IMG/VR virus record: IMGVR_UViG_3300005590_000001
Coordinates: 32,001 to 96,000 of that record
Reading direction: 5' to 3' (one strand)
Source of the DNA: a virus
Length of the DNA stretch: 64,000 bases
The position numbers and the translations under genes were made by a program. Of this stretch, positions 1-9,485 are shown piece after piece (within the stretch, counting starts at the first letter, position 1; each line of letters starts with the position of its first letter). Under the pieces are notes generated by a model that did not search any database, was not told the origin of the DNA, and was given only the letters and a program-made list of their open reading frames with translations.

Positions 1-512
1 AGATTACCATGTTCATCCATAGAGTAAATTTCTTCACCGATGAATAGTTCATATCTCGTTTTCCATCCGCGTTTCGTAAGAATTTCAGTTTGCATATCCA
101 TGCAATGACCGTATAAATGGTAAGATTCACGATGAGAAGCTGGCCAATAAGCATGTGGATAATGACTTAAGAAACAACGAGCATCACATATCTGAATATC
201 CATTGTATCCTTAACCATGCCCTGTCCCCATACTTCTTCGCAAGCTTTCCAACTTGGATCATGATTACCTTTGATCAGGAAGTATTGTACACCAGACTTA
301 AGTTGACTTCTAAACTTGCCAGCGTGTCTGAAAGAGAAATCGCCGAGCAAATATAGAATATCACCTCTATTAATAGTAGAATTAATTTGACCAATTATAA
401 AAGTTTGCCAAGCATTAATATCTTTAAAGAAGGGATGATCCCCCATAACACCACGTCGTACAGGTAGAAGCACATCGTGGTCAATATGAACATCACTTAA
501 GAACCATTTCAT
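1..512 (-). CDS. calcineurin-like metallophosphoesterase (3' part outside window)
   Basis: Manual translation from ATG at 512: MKWFLSDVHIDHD...LYLLGDFS...LIKGNHD...FLSHYP...HLYGHC; DxH, GD, GNHD and GH motifs. Confidence 0.85.
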   Translation of the reverse strand, partial: MKWFLSDVHIDHDVLLPVRRGVMGDHPFFKDINAWQTFIIGQINSTINRGDILYLLGDFSFRHAGKFRSQLKSGVQYFLIKGNHDPSWKACEEVWGQGMVKDTMDIQICDARCFLSHYPHAYWPASHRESYHLYGHCMDMQTEILTKRGWKTRYELFIGEEIYSMDEHGN

Positions 513-514
513 TA

Positions 515-1402
515 TTAAAATTCCACATAAGGATTAGCAACGGAAATTATATTCGGCATTTTTAGATCATGCCAACAACGAATCATTTGCGGCCGATCAT
601 CAACCACTGCACACACATTGTACTTAGGACTTACAGAAGAAAAGAGCAATTCGGTTTTTATAATCGAGTCTCGGCGATTATCTCCGGCAGCTCTCATGAA
701 TAGATCGCTATACTCAATGTAATTATCTTTTAACCACCGTTCTGTCTCTGATCTTGCGGCCGAATCTCTACCGCTGAGTAATACCACCTGATAATTTCTA
801 GTTATGGCTAATGATGCAACCATATCAATAATAGTATCTCGTGGCTTATCATTGTAAACCTTATCCCACTCAAACGGCTTTCTATTATGCATCTCCGCAA
901 TAGTGCCGTCAATATCACAGATAATACATGATGGCAAATCTTTGTTAGGTTTGTAAAATTTATATCGGCCATCTTCAGACAGATATTTAAGCCACTGTCC
1001 CCATTGCCTATACAAAACTTGAGGACCAACGCCATTTGTCCGCGCCGTATCCCTTTTCTGTGCTTCCTCTAATTTAATGGGAAATTCTTTAATGGATACT
1101 TCGTATCCAAGAGATTGTAGTTTTGAAATCAACGATTTGCGGGAACCACTATGTAAATTAGTATCTGATATGACAATATCTTTTTGTATAACAGAACAAT
1201 GCTCAACTATCTTAAGATTAACGGCTGTAACAAAATTTTCCACAGAAGATTTAAATTTGTAAGTTGACCAATCTTTATGGCCAAACAAAGTAAATCTCAT
1301 ATTATCACGATTAATATTTATCGCACCTGTCTTACGACAATGCTCATCAGCCCATGTGCTTTTTCCAGAAGCACTAATTCCTACTGTCAGTATTGCTTTC
1401 AT
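515..1402 (-). CDS. pseT: polynucleotide 5'-kinase/3'-phosphatase (T4 PseT-like)
   Basis: P-loop GISASGKST, NRD, C-terminal HAD DIDGT ... SGR ... DDR. Confidence 0.92.
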   Translation of the reverse strand: MKAILTVGISASGKSTWADEHCRKTGAININRDNMRFTLFGHKDWSTYKFKSSVENFVTAVNLKIVEHCSVIQKDIVISDTNLHSGSRKSLISKLQSLGYEVSIKEFPIKLEEAQKRDTARTNGVGPQVLYRQWGQWLKYLSEDGRYKFYKPNKDLPSCIICDIDGTIAEMHNRKPFEWDKVYNDKPRDTIIDMVASLAITRNYQVVLLSGRDSAARSETERWLKDNYIEYSDLFMRAAGDNRRDSIIKTELLFSSVSPKYNVCAVVDDRPQMIRCWHDLKMPNIISVANPYVEF

Positions 1403-1814
1403 TTCGTTTACGTTCTTCCATCTTTCTTTTTACACATGTACGAATATCGGCGTTAACCGCTCGTAAATTATTATTTGCTAATTGCATTTTAATAAACGTC
1501 ATATTCTGACGCATATCTCCATACATTTTTTCTGTGGGTACTAACTTCATTAGATTATCAAGAGTTAGCCGTGGAGTAACAAATTCTTGAATCAAGTTAG
1601 ATTGACGCCTTTTCTTGTTATCATTGCCACGTTCAGCATCAATCATTAATTTCTGTGAAAGAATTTTAGCTTGAGTTCTAATATTAACTGTAGTAATCTG
1701 TGATAATGTATTAATATTATCTAAAAGAGATTGATATGCTTGCATAGCTTCAATATTACGAGTGTGTTTTGCTTTATTTAAATTTGAAAATATTTCTTGA
1801 ATTAAAACATTCAT
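1374..1814 (-). CDS. hypothetical protein
   Basis: ORF overlapping neighbours in a tightly packed operon. Confidence 0.6.
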   Translation of the reverse strand: MNVLIQEIFSNLNKAKHTRNIEAMQAYQSLLDNINTLSQITTVNIRTQAKILSQKLMIDAERGNDNKKRRQSNLIQEFVTPRLTLDNLMKLVPTEKMYGDMRQNMTFIKMQLANNNLRAVNADIRTCVKRKMEERKRNESNTDSRN

Positions 1815-2353
1815 TTTATATAACCCTTATTTTTTCGACATCGATCACAGTATGTAAATCTTCGTGCTTTAAGAATATCATCACAATCTTTGCATCTTTT
1901 AATCATTAAATGCATTGTTACACCAGTTGCATCATACATATCACAATTAACCATAAATTGGTGTAACGCATCAGATATCATAGTCGGCGGAATTTCATTC
2001 GCTTCAAATCTATTATTAATAATACCTTTATATTGACCCCAACAGACAATATCAAAACGATCGCTGCCAGCCCTAAATTCAATATGAGGATGATAATATT
2101 TAGACGTGGGTAAAGTTTTAATCTTTCCTAAAAAGATATGCTTACCCCTATAAGTTTGTGACGGAACAATAAATAGATTTACAGTTGTAGGAAAAGTTCT
2201 ACCCTGTATTTCAAATTTGAATGTTTTTCTTTTTGAGAGATTGAAAGAATTTCTACCATCATTAAAAGACCAGCCCTCGTTTAAGAGGGCCTCTATGTCT
2301 TTTTCCCATTTTTTAATTAATTCTTTATGTTCTTTTCGCATTTTTCTTTCCAC
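1811..2353 (-). CDS. E2/UBC-like domain protein with C-terminal Zn ribbon
   Basis: YYHPHI...DIVCWG resembles the E2 HPx...IC[LW] active-site motif; C-terminal CxxC...CxxC; lies next to E1 and JAB. Confidence 0.5.
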   Translation of the reverse strand: MERKMRKEHKELIKKWEKDIEALLNEGWSFNDGRNSFNLSKRKTFKFEIQGRTFPTTVNLFIVPSQTYRGKHIFLGKIKTLPTSKYYHPHIEFRAGSDRFDIVCWGQYKGIINNRFEANEIPPTMISDALHQFMVNCDMYDATGVTMHLMIKRCKDCDDILKARRFTYCDRCRKNKGYIK

Positions 2354-2603
2354 GAAATCTACGTTGGTAATAGGGTCTATCTACCATTACAGAAAATCCT
2401 GCAAAGTTTTGCAACTCAGGCTTCCCATCCCATTTTTCTTTATAAACAGGAGGCCAGTGTAGATTAAAAACTACTTGTAAAGTTCGAACATCATCCAGAT
2501 TTGCTTTCCCCATTTCTAAATGGTTAAGAAAATCAACAAGCCAATCATCATAATCGGCAATAATAGTTGAGTTCTTATCAAATCTAATCTTAATTTTCTT
2601 CAT
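2325..2603 (-). CDS. hypothetical protein
   Basis: ORF coupled to ThiF gene. Confidence 0.55.
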   Translation of the reverse strand: MKKIKIRFDKNSTIIADYDDWLVDFLNHLEMGKANLDDVRTLQVVFNLHWPPVYKEKWDGKPELQNFAGFSVMVDRPYYQRRFRGKKNAKRT

Positions 2604-3286
2604 TACTTCTTACCTTTGTTATCGTCTTCAAATTTAAGTTCTTCAAACAAACCAATCGGCAGATGAATTAGGAAATTCTTAAGAACATAACGGCCCATTA
2701 CGGCAGAAGTAAATTGTGAAACAAGCATAGATGCGGCAATATTTGCTCCATGTTTGATCATGGGGTTATGACAACCACCAGTATTTTGTACAGCTTTATC
2801 ACTATAGAAAGTATTGGCGTAACCTTCTTTTGATTCGTCGTCTACCAAAGCGAAAGTACGAATCTGTTCGCCAGCTACACGACTATCAAAGATAAATTTA
2901 GCCTTGTCTTTATAGAACTTGTAAAGCTTTTCTCTCATACTGAAAGTATCAACACACATGAAGAGAACATCATAAGAATCTTTATGGGGTCGCCACCTAT
3001 CATTGATATGTTTAATTTCAATATTTGGATTAATAGAATGCATTTCTTCCGCAGTACATTCAACTTTAGGTCTACCAATATCGGCAGTTTTATAACCCTG
3101 CGAAGTACAGTTGTGTTCCTCAACTGTATCAAAGTCATAAATTGTAATACTACCAACACCGTTGGCGGCAATTGTGCGTGCGATTTCTCGACCAACAGCC
3201 CCGACACCAACAATTAAAGCTTTAGTTTTGCTAACAATATCTTGATCAATAATTTCAGATTGACGAGAGTAACGATCATCAGACAT
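2603..3286 (-). CDS. ThiF/E1-like ubiquitin-activating adenylyltransferase
   Basis: RYSRQ, GVGAVG, DFDTVEEHN, GRPKVE, CVD; candidate catalytic Cys in GGCH. Confidence 0.9.
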   Translation of the reverse strand: MSDDRYSRQSEIIDQDIVSKTKALIVGVGAVGREIARTIAANGVGSITIYDFDTVEEHNCTSQGYKTADIGRPKVECTAEEMHSINPNIEIKHINDRWRPHKDSYDVLFMCVDTFSMREKLYKFYKDKAKFIFDSRVAGEQIRTFALVDDESKEGYANTFYSDKAVQNTGGCHNPMIKHGANIAASMLVSQFTSAVMGRYVLKNFLIHLPIGLFEELKFEDDNKGKK

Positions 3287-4392
3287 TATACAACTCCTTC
3301 ATAACCAAGTTCTTGAACTTCTTTAATATATTGCTCAAGAGCTTTTTGTAAAAAGTTAGGACGAACTTTATATTTACCACAGATATATGACTGCTTTAAC
3401 GGTGTTAATTCGTTAAAGACACATTTCAAACCACGGTAAACCTCTGGATGATCATCCATAATTATAGAACAATCATGATCATCAAACTTAGATTCAATGT
3501 TTGTCATATTTCTAAACATTCTGACCACTTCATTTTTTGGATGACTATAAAGTGTATCAAAATATTTATAATCAGCTTTATTTAATTGACACTTCTTTTC
3601 GGTAAGAAGACGTAAAGCAATTCGCCGACTGATAATTTCTTTTTTATCCTCAGCTTCTGGAATTGTTGCCCCGTTACTTATTGGGTAATAACCAGCATTA
3701 TGACTGTTAGGTTGATAATGTCCTACAACCCTACCAGTACCAATATTGTGATTGTATTGCTTTTTTCTGACACACTCTTTTAACTCTTTTAACCAATTGT
3801 CATGAAAAGCTTTATATTGTGAGAGAAATGACTCTTCAATATAAGAAATATTATATTGTTGAGCAGCTTCTTCAAGATCAAAAATGTATGAAGTTGGAAC
3901 AATCCAATTACCAACTATTACTTTTGCAGATTCAAGAGTTTGCTTTTGTCCAAGACGAGAGTCATACATAGTACGACAATAGTCTTTATTCTTTTTTGCC
4001 ACAATATACATGCAAGCGAAATCAGCATCCTCTTTAATTTTCTTAAAGTTATCCTCATCTACATTTGAAGGATTGGGAGATTCTCCGGGATGAGTATGAA
4101 TCCAAATACGTGAGAATGTAATAGGGTCCATTTTGTCATCGAACATACGAGCTTCTCGCCAATCAGTATATTCTTTCTCAAGAAATTCTGTATTGCCGCC
4201 GGTACATTCTTGGGGTACACACAAAACATCTACAACTCGGTGTATATCATCCTCACTATTTTTAGAAATTCCCATAAGAGATACTTCTAAAAATGATTCT
4301 GATTTTTCTCCACCACCCTGAACATTTTTTTCAATACAATTATCACGAAAGAATAAAACTTTCGCGAAAGCTTTTTCATCAAAAATAATCAC
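3286..4392 (-). CDS. JAB/MPN+ (JAMM) metalloprotease domain protein with C-terminal extension
   Basis: EVSLMG glutamate plus WIHTHPGESPNPSNVD = HxH-x7-S-x2-D JAMM motif. Confidence 0.85.
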   Translation of the reverse strand: MIIFDEKAFAKVLFFRDNCIEKNVQGGGEKSESFLEVSLMGISKNSEDDIHRVVDVLCVPQECTGGNTEFLEKEYTDWREARMFDDKMDPITFSRIWIHTHPGESPNPSNVDEDNFKKIKEDADFACMYIVAKKNKDYCRTMYDSRLGQKQTLESAKVIVGNWIVPTSYIFDLEEAAQQYNISYIEESFLSQYKAFHDNWLKELKECVRKKQYNHNIGTGRVVGHYQPNSHNAGYYPISNGATIPEAEDKKEIISRRIALRLLTEKKCQLNKADYKYFDTLYSHPKNEVVRMFRNMTNIESKFDDHDCSIIMDDHPEVYRGLKCVFNELTPLKQSYICGKYKVRPNFLQKALEQYIKEVQELGYEGVV

Positions 4393-4394
4393 TA

Positions 4395-5288
4395 TTAGTT
4401 ACCTTTTCGACAACTAGTACAGATGCTTTTCTCCGCACCTTTAGGAGTACGCACACCAACTGTACGTTTTTCACAAGTCTCACACACACTTAAGAAATGA
4501 GACAGATGAGGATATCCTGTGTGCTCATCTATATTCATTCCACTATTCACACATTTTTCACACAACCTAACATTAGATGTTGCACATGCAACAAATTCAT
4601 CTACTGGCCTAAGATCACCACATTCTTGACACTCATAACCAACCCATTTTGCAATTGGAGAATGAGCACCTTCTCGCCGACCAAGATTTTCATCCCCGCC
4701 GTATTTAGTAAGAACTTTTAATACTATATCAAAAGCATCTCCTAAGCGACAATTGGATGCAAATTTTTCGTACATTTTTCTGAAATCACCAAGACATAAA
4801 TTGTATGCTCCATTTACATAGGGATGAAACATACCATCCTTTTCAGTATTGTTTTCAGCTGGAACAACCTTGACGTGATTTTCACCTAAAGTACTGTAAC
4901 CAAAAATCATACTAATATCAAACTTACCGAAGTCAAAACTTTCTCCGGATACTACATCTTCCATAATGATATGTTTAGAACGTACTTTGAACAAGTTAGT
5001 ACGCACGCTTCTAATTCTTGTACAGTTTTCTCTAATGTAATTTAACTGATTTTCAATTTCATCATCAGTTAAAAACATTGATCGGCTTAATACATTTTGG
5101 AGATGATACATAGCATCTCTATTCGGAAGAGATTCTGCTAATATAGATAATGCCCCAATAAGCTCATCCATATTATTAACATCTGGTTTACGAATAGTTG
5201 CGAGTCTATCAAAATCAATTGTTTTAAAATGACGAAATTCGTTTCTATATACAGCTATGTGATCTTTTAAAATATCTTCTACTGCCAT
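4395..5288 (-). CDS. E2/UBC-like domain protein with C-terminal multi-CxxC Zn fingers
   Basis: MFHPYVNGAYNLCLGD matches the E2-type HPxV...xCLG; CQEC, CEKC, CETC, CTSC. Confidence 0.65.
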   Translation of the reverse strand: MAVEDILKDHIAVYRNEFRHFKTIDFDRLATIRKPDVNNMDELIGALSILAESLPNRDAMYHLQNVLSRSMFLTDDEIENQLNYIRENCTRIRSVRTNLFKVRSKHIIMEDVVSGESFDFGKFDISMIFGYSTLGENHVKVVPAENNTEKDGMFHPYVNGAYNLCLGDFRKMYEKFASNCRLGDAFDIVLKVLTKYGGDENLGRREGAHSPIAKWVGYECQECGDLRPVDEFVACATSNVRLCEKCVNSGMNIDEHTGYPHLSHFLSVCETCEKRTVGVRTPKGAEKSICTSCRKGN

Positions 5289-5299
5289 TAGTGAATCCT

Positions 5300-5338
5300 A
5301 AAAAGAAAACAAAGACGGGTATTTGCATACCCGTCTTT
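5300..5338 (-). terminator. intrinsic terminator downstream of Ubl-fusion gene
   Basis: Minus strand AAAGACGGGTAT-GCAA-ATACCCGTCTTT followed by GTTTTCTTTTT. Confidence 0.7.
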
Positions 5339-5355
5339 GAGATACGACAGAAAGA

Positions 5356-5970
5356 CTACTCTGCAGAAGTCTTCCACACATCAGATTTTGCGTCAGGAAC
5401 GCTACAGCCCATTCGAGCACAATAGTGTGATGCATCGCCCTTGAGACCAAGATAAGCGATTGCAGAAAACACATTGTAAACGTCAGGCTTAAGAAGCTGA
5501 GACAGAGCATAATTAGCCTCTGCACGCTGCTTATTCAGATCAGCAAGACGCTTCTCGGTAGCTTCAATCTCTCGGTTGAGAGAGCCAGAATCAGCCCGCA
5601 TCATACCAAGAACCTCAGCAACAACAGTCTTCTGAGCCTTACAAGCGGTTTCAAACTCTTCTTTCAAAACCTCACCGATAACACCGTCATTGATGGCAAG
5701 CTTACCTGCACCAAAATTGACAATGCTTTCGTAAGTCTTCGTTTGAAGAGCATCAACCTCATCAGCACCCTTCATATCACGCTGGGTAACAGTGATGATA
5801 TCACCATTGCCAAGAACCTGATCTTCAGCGGCATCCTGACGATTAACCCGAACAATAGAATTGCTGAAGTTAATACCCTGACCACTAACAAGCTTGCCAA
5901 CAGTCGTACCATCTTCAACATTCAGACCAACAGACGCACCAGTGGCCTTAACCAAGTTTACCCGAATCAT
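5356..5970 (-). CDS. ubiquitin-like (beta-grasp) domain fused via ...MKGA to a helical/coiled-coil domain
   Basis: N-terminal ~69 aa MIRVNLV...VEDGTTVGKL...IVRVN...VLGNGDIITVT..KGA has the ThiS/MoaD/Ubl pattern. Confidence 0.8.
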   Translation of the reverse strand: MIRVNLVKATGASVGLNVEDGTTVGKLVSGQGINFSNSIVRVNRQDAAEDQVLGNGDIITVTQRDMKGADEVDALQTKTYESIVNFGAGKLAINDGVIGEVLKEEFETACKAQKTVVAEVLGMMRADSGSLNREIEATEKRLADLNKQRAEANYALSQLLKPDVYNVFSAIAYLGLKGDASHYCARMGCSVPDAKSDVWKTSAE

Positions 5971-6017
5971 TTTAAACCTCCAATTGGAAAAAGGGGAAAA
6001 CTTAGAACTTACTCAAC

Positions 6018-6626
6018 TCAAGCAAGTTCTTTGCACACATTACAGACTTTGTCTTTTAAAATTACATCGTCGCACATTTCACAACGATTAACTTTAAAAA
6101 ATCTACCAAGTCCGTCTTTGATAGTTGCTTTTTGCAACATATCAATAATAATTTCTACACATAATCCTATATCATGTTTTTTTACAAGAGCATCTCTAAC
6201 ATGATGAGCAACACTACCCAAACACAAAAGAAGTTCTTTGCGGTGTGGATTTTCATGCGACATTTTATAAATGTTATAATGAGAACATCTTTCTTTATTG
6301 TTCGCATAATTAAAATCTATATTACCACCGGTTACAAACATTCCATGACGATGTGCTTGTAAAACTTTTTCAATATCAAAAAAGATTTTAAATTCACCAA
6401 AATTTAATTGTGTTACAGAACAGGTAATATTGCCAGTGTTAAATACAAAACCATAGACATCCTTTTTATATTCATGTCTAAAATAATAATCAATACCTCG
6501 TAATTCATTAATCCGTGTTAAGTGTCTAGCAAGATCATTAATTCTATAACCCGGTATCTTATCAGTTGGAAATCTATATAAGAAATCTTTTTTTGTTACT
6601 TTAATGCTTTCTGTATTAGTTTCCAC
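6018..6626 (-). CDS. E2-like/Zn-ribbon protein (divergent paralogue)
   Basis: NPH...LLLCLGS and C-terminal CEMC...CNVC, same layout as 1811 and 4395 ORFs. Confidence 0.4.
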   Translation of the reverse strand: METNTESIKVTKKDFLYRFPTDKIPGYRINDLARHLTRINELRGIDYYFRHEYKKDVYGFVFNTGNITCSVTQLNFGEFKIFFDIEKVLQAHRHGMFVTGGNIDFNYANNKERCSHYNIYKMSHENPHRKELLLCLGSVAHHVRDALVKKHDIGLCVEIIIDMLQKATIKDGLGRFFKVNRCEMCDDVILKDKVCNVCKELA

Positions 6627-6818
6627 TTGCGAGGCTGACCTTTCTTTTTACCATGTTCATACATCAAACCAGAAAATTTATTACGCATAGAAATAATTGG
6701 CGAAACTCGCGTAGATCCATTATCTACAAAAGGTCTATTAGATTTAGTTTCAGCACACCTTAAATCTCTTTCATCTTTCTGAGTCTTCCACCAAGGAACT
6801 TCAAGAACTTCAATTTCA

Positions 6819-7103
6819 TTACTCATTATCTTCACCACAATTTGCAAGGAAAAATGCACGACCAAGAGCATGTTTCACGCCCTCTTTTTTAATGAACAAT
6901 TCATTAGGTCTACAAAAAGCTTCACCAACAAACTCTTTATCTCCTTTGCGTAAAATTACAGATGTAGAACCACCCTTATTGCTAAGAATTGGTTCTGTTA
7001 AATTATGTGTCTTACCCTTTTGATCAGTAATTCTTTCAATATAATTACGATAATGCCGTACGTATACTGACCATCCAAGTGCACGAACTTCTTCGACTGT
7101 CAT
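6819..7103 (-). CDS. hypothetical phage protein
   Basis: GG.T...GEAFC...F.KKEG...AL.RA pattern common in small phage proteins. Confidence 0.6.
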   Translation of the reverse strand: MTVEEVRALGWSVYVRHYRNYIERITDQKGKTHNLTEPILSNKGGSTSVILRKGDKEFVGEAFCRPNELFIKKEGVKHALGRAFFLANCGEDNE

Positions 7104-7426
7104 TTTTTACACCTTTCTTTGGAAAGATTAGTAATCTCTTCTTCAAATTGACCAGATTCTTTTTCTGCAAGTTCTCTTTCTGCGGAAGTCATCTGTGTAA
7201 ATTTAACCATTTCTCTACAAGAATTCATTACATCTGTCATATCAAATAATTCGCCAGTCATAATTGCTATTTTATAGCAATCAAATGTTGGAGAAACAGC
7301 ACCAACACCGTCAATCTTTAATAGCATTCTAGCGTCATCTTCTCTAAATTTACGATTAGATATAATATAAAATGAATTAGGGGCTCTCATCCTCCGTACT
7401 TTTACTTGAAGTTTTAACATAATCAC
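7100..7426 (-). CDS. hypothetical protein
   Basis: ORF in operon. Confidence 0.55.
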   Translation of the reverse strand: MIMLKLQVKVRRMRAPNSFYIISNRKFREDDARMLLKIDGVGAVSPTFDCYKIAIMTGELFDMTDVMNSCREMVKFTQMTSAERELAEKESGQFEEEITNLSKERCKK

Positions 7427-7588
7427 CTAACCTTTCACCCAACCAAAATAGAAATATAAACAGGGCGCAATATGATGCCGTGATAGATCCAGAGTTTATA
7501 CCGGCCGGTTCACCAAGTCGTATTGTTATATCACACCCTACAGGAATTAAACACATTGTAAAAAATAACAATGTTTGACATACGTTTT

Positions 7589-9226
7589 TTACCAACATCC
7601 TATCCTTTCTCTAATTTCGGCGAGAGTAGTTTCATTCTGAATCTCACCATTACGAAAGACAGTTTGTAATTCATTACCAAGAGCTTCTTCTTCTTGGGTT
7701 ACATCCTCCACCAAATAGTATTTACCGTTAGTATCTTTTCTGACACACAGTAAACCTTTGGCCGACTTTTTAAATCCAGAATGTCCATCGGCACGTTTAT
7801 TTTTATTAGTCTTAGGATCTTTAAAGATGGATATAACTTGATCATTGATCACACAAGATGTGGCCTTACATGCAATGCCGAATGTATCTCGCGTAACATA
7901 CTGATATGTAAAACTGCCGAAGCCAAACACTACATTAGTACTAGCGAACTTTTGTTCAACCAGTCTCGTAATAATATTCTTAGCCTTATCATAATTAATC
8001 GAATCGCCGTAGATAAGTCCAATCTTAGGATTCAATTCTTTGTAACCCTTAGAATTAACGGTACTGCCAAAAATTTCATCAAGCACAGCAACACTACCTA
8101 TTGCTTCTTCTCTTGTAATTTCGCCATTTGCCGTCAGAAATCTACCATCGTCGGTTTGGGCACATTCTATTTGCTCGGAATATGTCATCTCATTCATTTT
8201 ACCAAATTGATAATTTGAATTATGATGTACCCTCGTAATTCTGTAACCGGCAACAATATGTCTAGGATCTCCACTGTCTGGTCTGATTACTAGCTTACCA
8301 TCCCGAGCAAGAATTTCATCTTTGAGCGCAGGTAAAAGTTTAGTTAAAACTCTCCAGTAATCATAGGTATCGCTAACTACTGACAGGATGCCTTTAGGAA
8401 ACCTCTTGAAGAGTTCTTTAAACCATTTTAGTTCGGCATCGTAACGTTCTTCTTCAGAAGTCAAGTTGTTAAAACTTGCCATTCCAATCTGCATAATAGA
8501 ATGTTCAGTTGCCGGAACGCTACCACCGACGAGTTCTTTTTCAATATCGGCACTATAAAATTCTTCTAGGAATTCAATACCGGGAATCGTATCAGTACCA
8601 TAAAAACTTAGAAGATGTGCGGCACCACTAGCACCGGCAGCTTCCATACCAAACAAACCACGCATAGAAAAATCATGACCTTGCCAAGGTACAAAGTTTG
8701 GATCGCCAGTTGCTTCGGCAAATTCATTTAACATTTGTCGAATATGATTAGCAGTAGTAGCTGAAGTCATAGGACCCCAAACAACATTTTGTTCAATGGT
8801 TTCTAAGTATCCCGGCAACCACGGAAAATCTTTATGAGTACTAACCATAGTGGTGAATGGAACTTTAGTCGGACACTTAGATCCTTCTGGCAGTGCTTTA
8901 ATATGGATCGGTAGATAACCAAGTTTGTGTAATTGCCGCAAATTATCAATAGGGTAATCGATTTCTTCTACACCAAGACAATGCTTAAGGATTCTACTAA
9001 ATCTATTGACGGCGTCGTTTTCATCAAGATCGAAGAAGTATTTGTTCCAATAATCTATTAAGTAGTGTTTAATGAAATATTGTAGGCCGAAAACTACAAC
9101 CTCATCTACATTTTCAACTCGCGAATTACGTGCTGTTGTGTTATTGTATACTTTGGTAACTCCATCAGCTACCATTTTAGGATGGAGACACTTATAAAAG
9201 TCTGCCGCACTAAGAGCGCTTTTCAT
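7589..9226 (-). CDS. nadV: nicotinamide phosphoribosyltransferase family (Nampt/Namat-like)
   Basis: DFYK, HDFSMRG, GTDT, PATEHS, SVVSDTYD, IRPDSGDP, GDSI, KKSAKG. Confidence 0.93.
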   Translation of the reverse strand: MKSALSAADFYKCLHPKMVADGVTKVYNNTTARNSRVENVDEVVVFGLQYFIKHYLIDYWNKYFFDLDENDAVNRFSRILKHCLGVEEIDYPIDNLRQLHKLGYLPIHIKALPEGSKCPTKVPFTTMVSTHKDFPWLPGYLETIEQNVVWGPMTSATTANHIRQMLNEFAEATGDPNFVPWQGHDFSMRGLFGMEAAGASGAAHLLSFYGTDTIPGIEFLEEFYSADIEKELVGGSVPATEHSIMQIGMASFNNLTSEEERYDAELKWFKELFKRFPKGILSVVSDTYDYWRVLTKLLPALKDEILARDGKLVIRPDSGDPRHIVAGYRITRVHHNSNYQFGKMNEMTYSEQIECAQTDDGRFLTANGEITREEAIGSVAVLDEIFGSTVNSKGYKELNPKIGLIYGDSINYDKAKNIITRLVEQKFASTNVVFGFGSFTYQYVTRDTFGIACKATSCVINDQVISIFKDPKTNKNKRADGHSGFKKSAKGLLCVRKDTNGKYYLVEDVTQEEEALGNELQTVFRNGEIQNETTLAEIRERIGCW

Positions 9227-9485
9227 TCTTTGACCTCTCTTCTAAATCAAGTTGACCAAGAGTGTGACCTAAAGCTGTAACGGTCATAAAAATTGTAAAT
9301 AGTAAAAATAGATTTGTTAAAGATGCATAAATAACATATGACCAAAAAGTTAAATCAGAAAATGCTAATTTACATAATAGTGCAATGTTTGCAAAGACAC
9401 CAACCAAAGAAAGAATAAACGATAAAATGCCAACTAAAACCATTACTATGTTAAATGTATCACTATACTTTTTAATTTCTACCAT
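9210..9485 (-). CDS. membrane protein
   Basis: two hydrophobic segments. Confidence 0.55.
   Translation of the reverse strand: MVEIKKYSDTFNIVMVLVGILSFILSLVGVFANIALLCKLAFSDLTFWSYVIYASLTNLFLLFTIFMTVTALGHTLGQLDLEERSKNEKRS

Noticed and set aside
2603-3286. ThiF as a thiamine/molybdopterin biosynthesis gene
   Set aside because: No thiG/moaE/cysteine-synthase neighbours; context is JAB + E2-like + Ubl.
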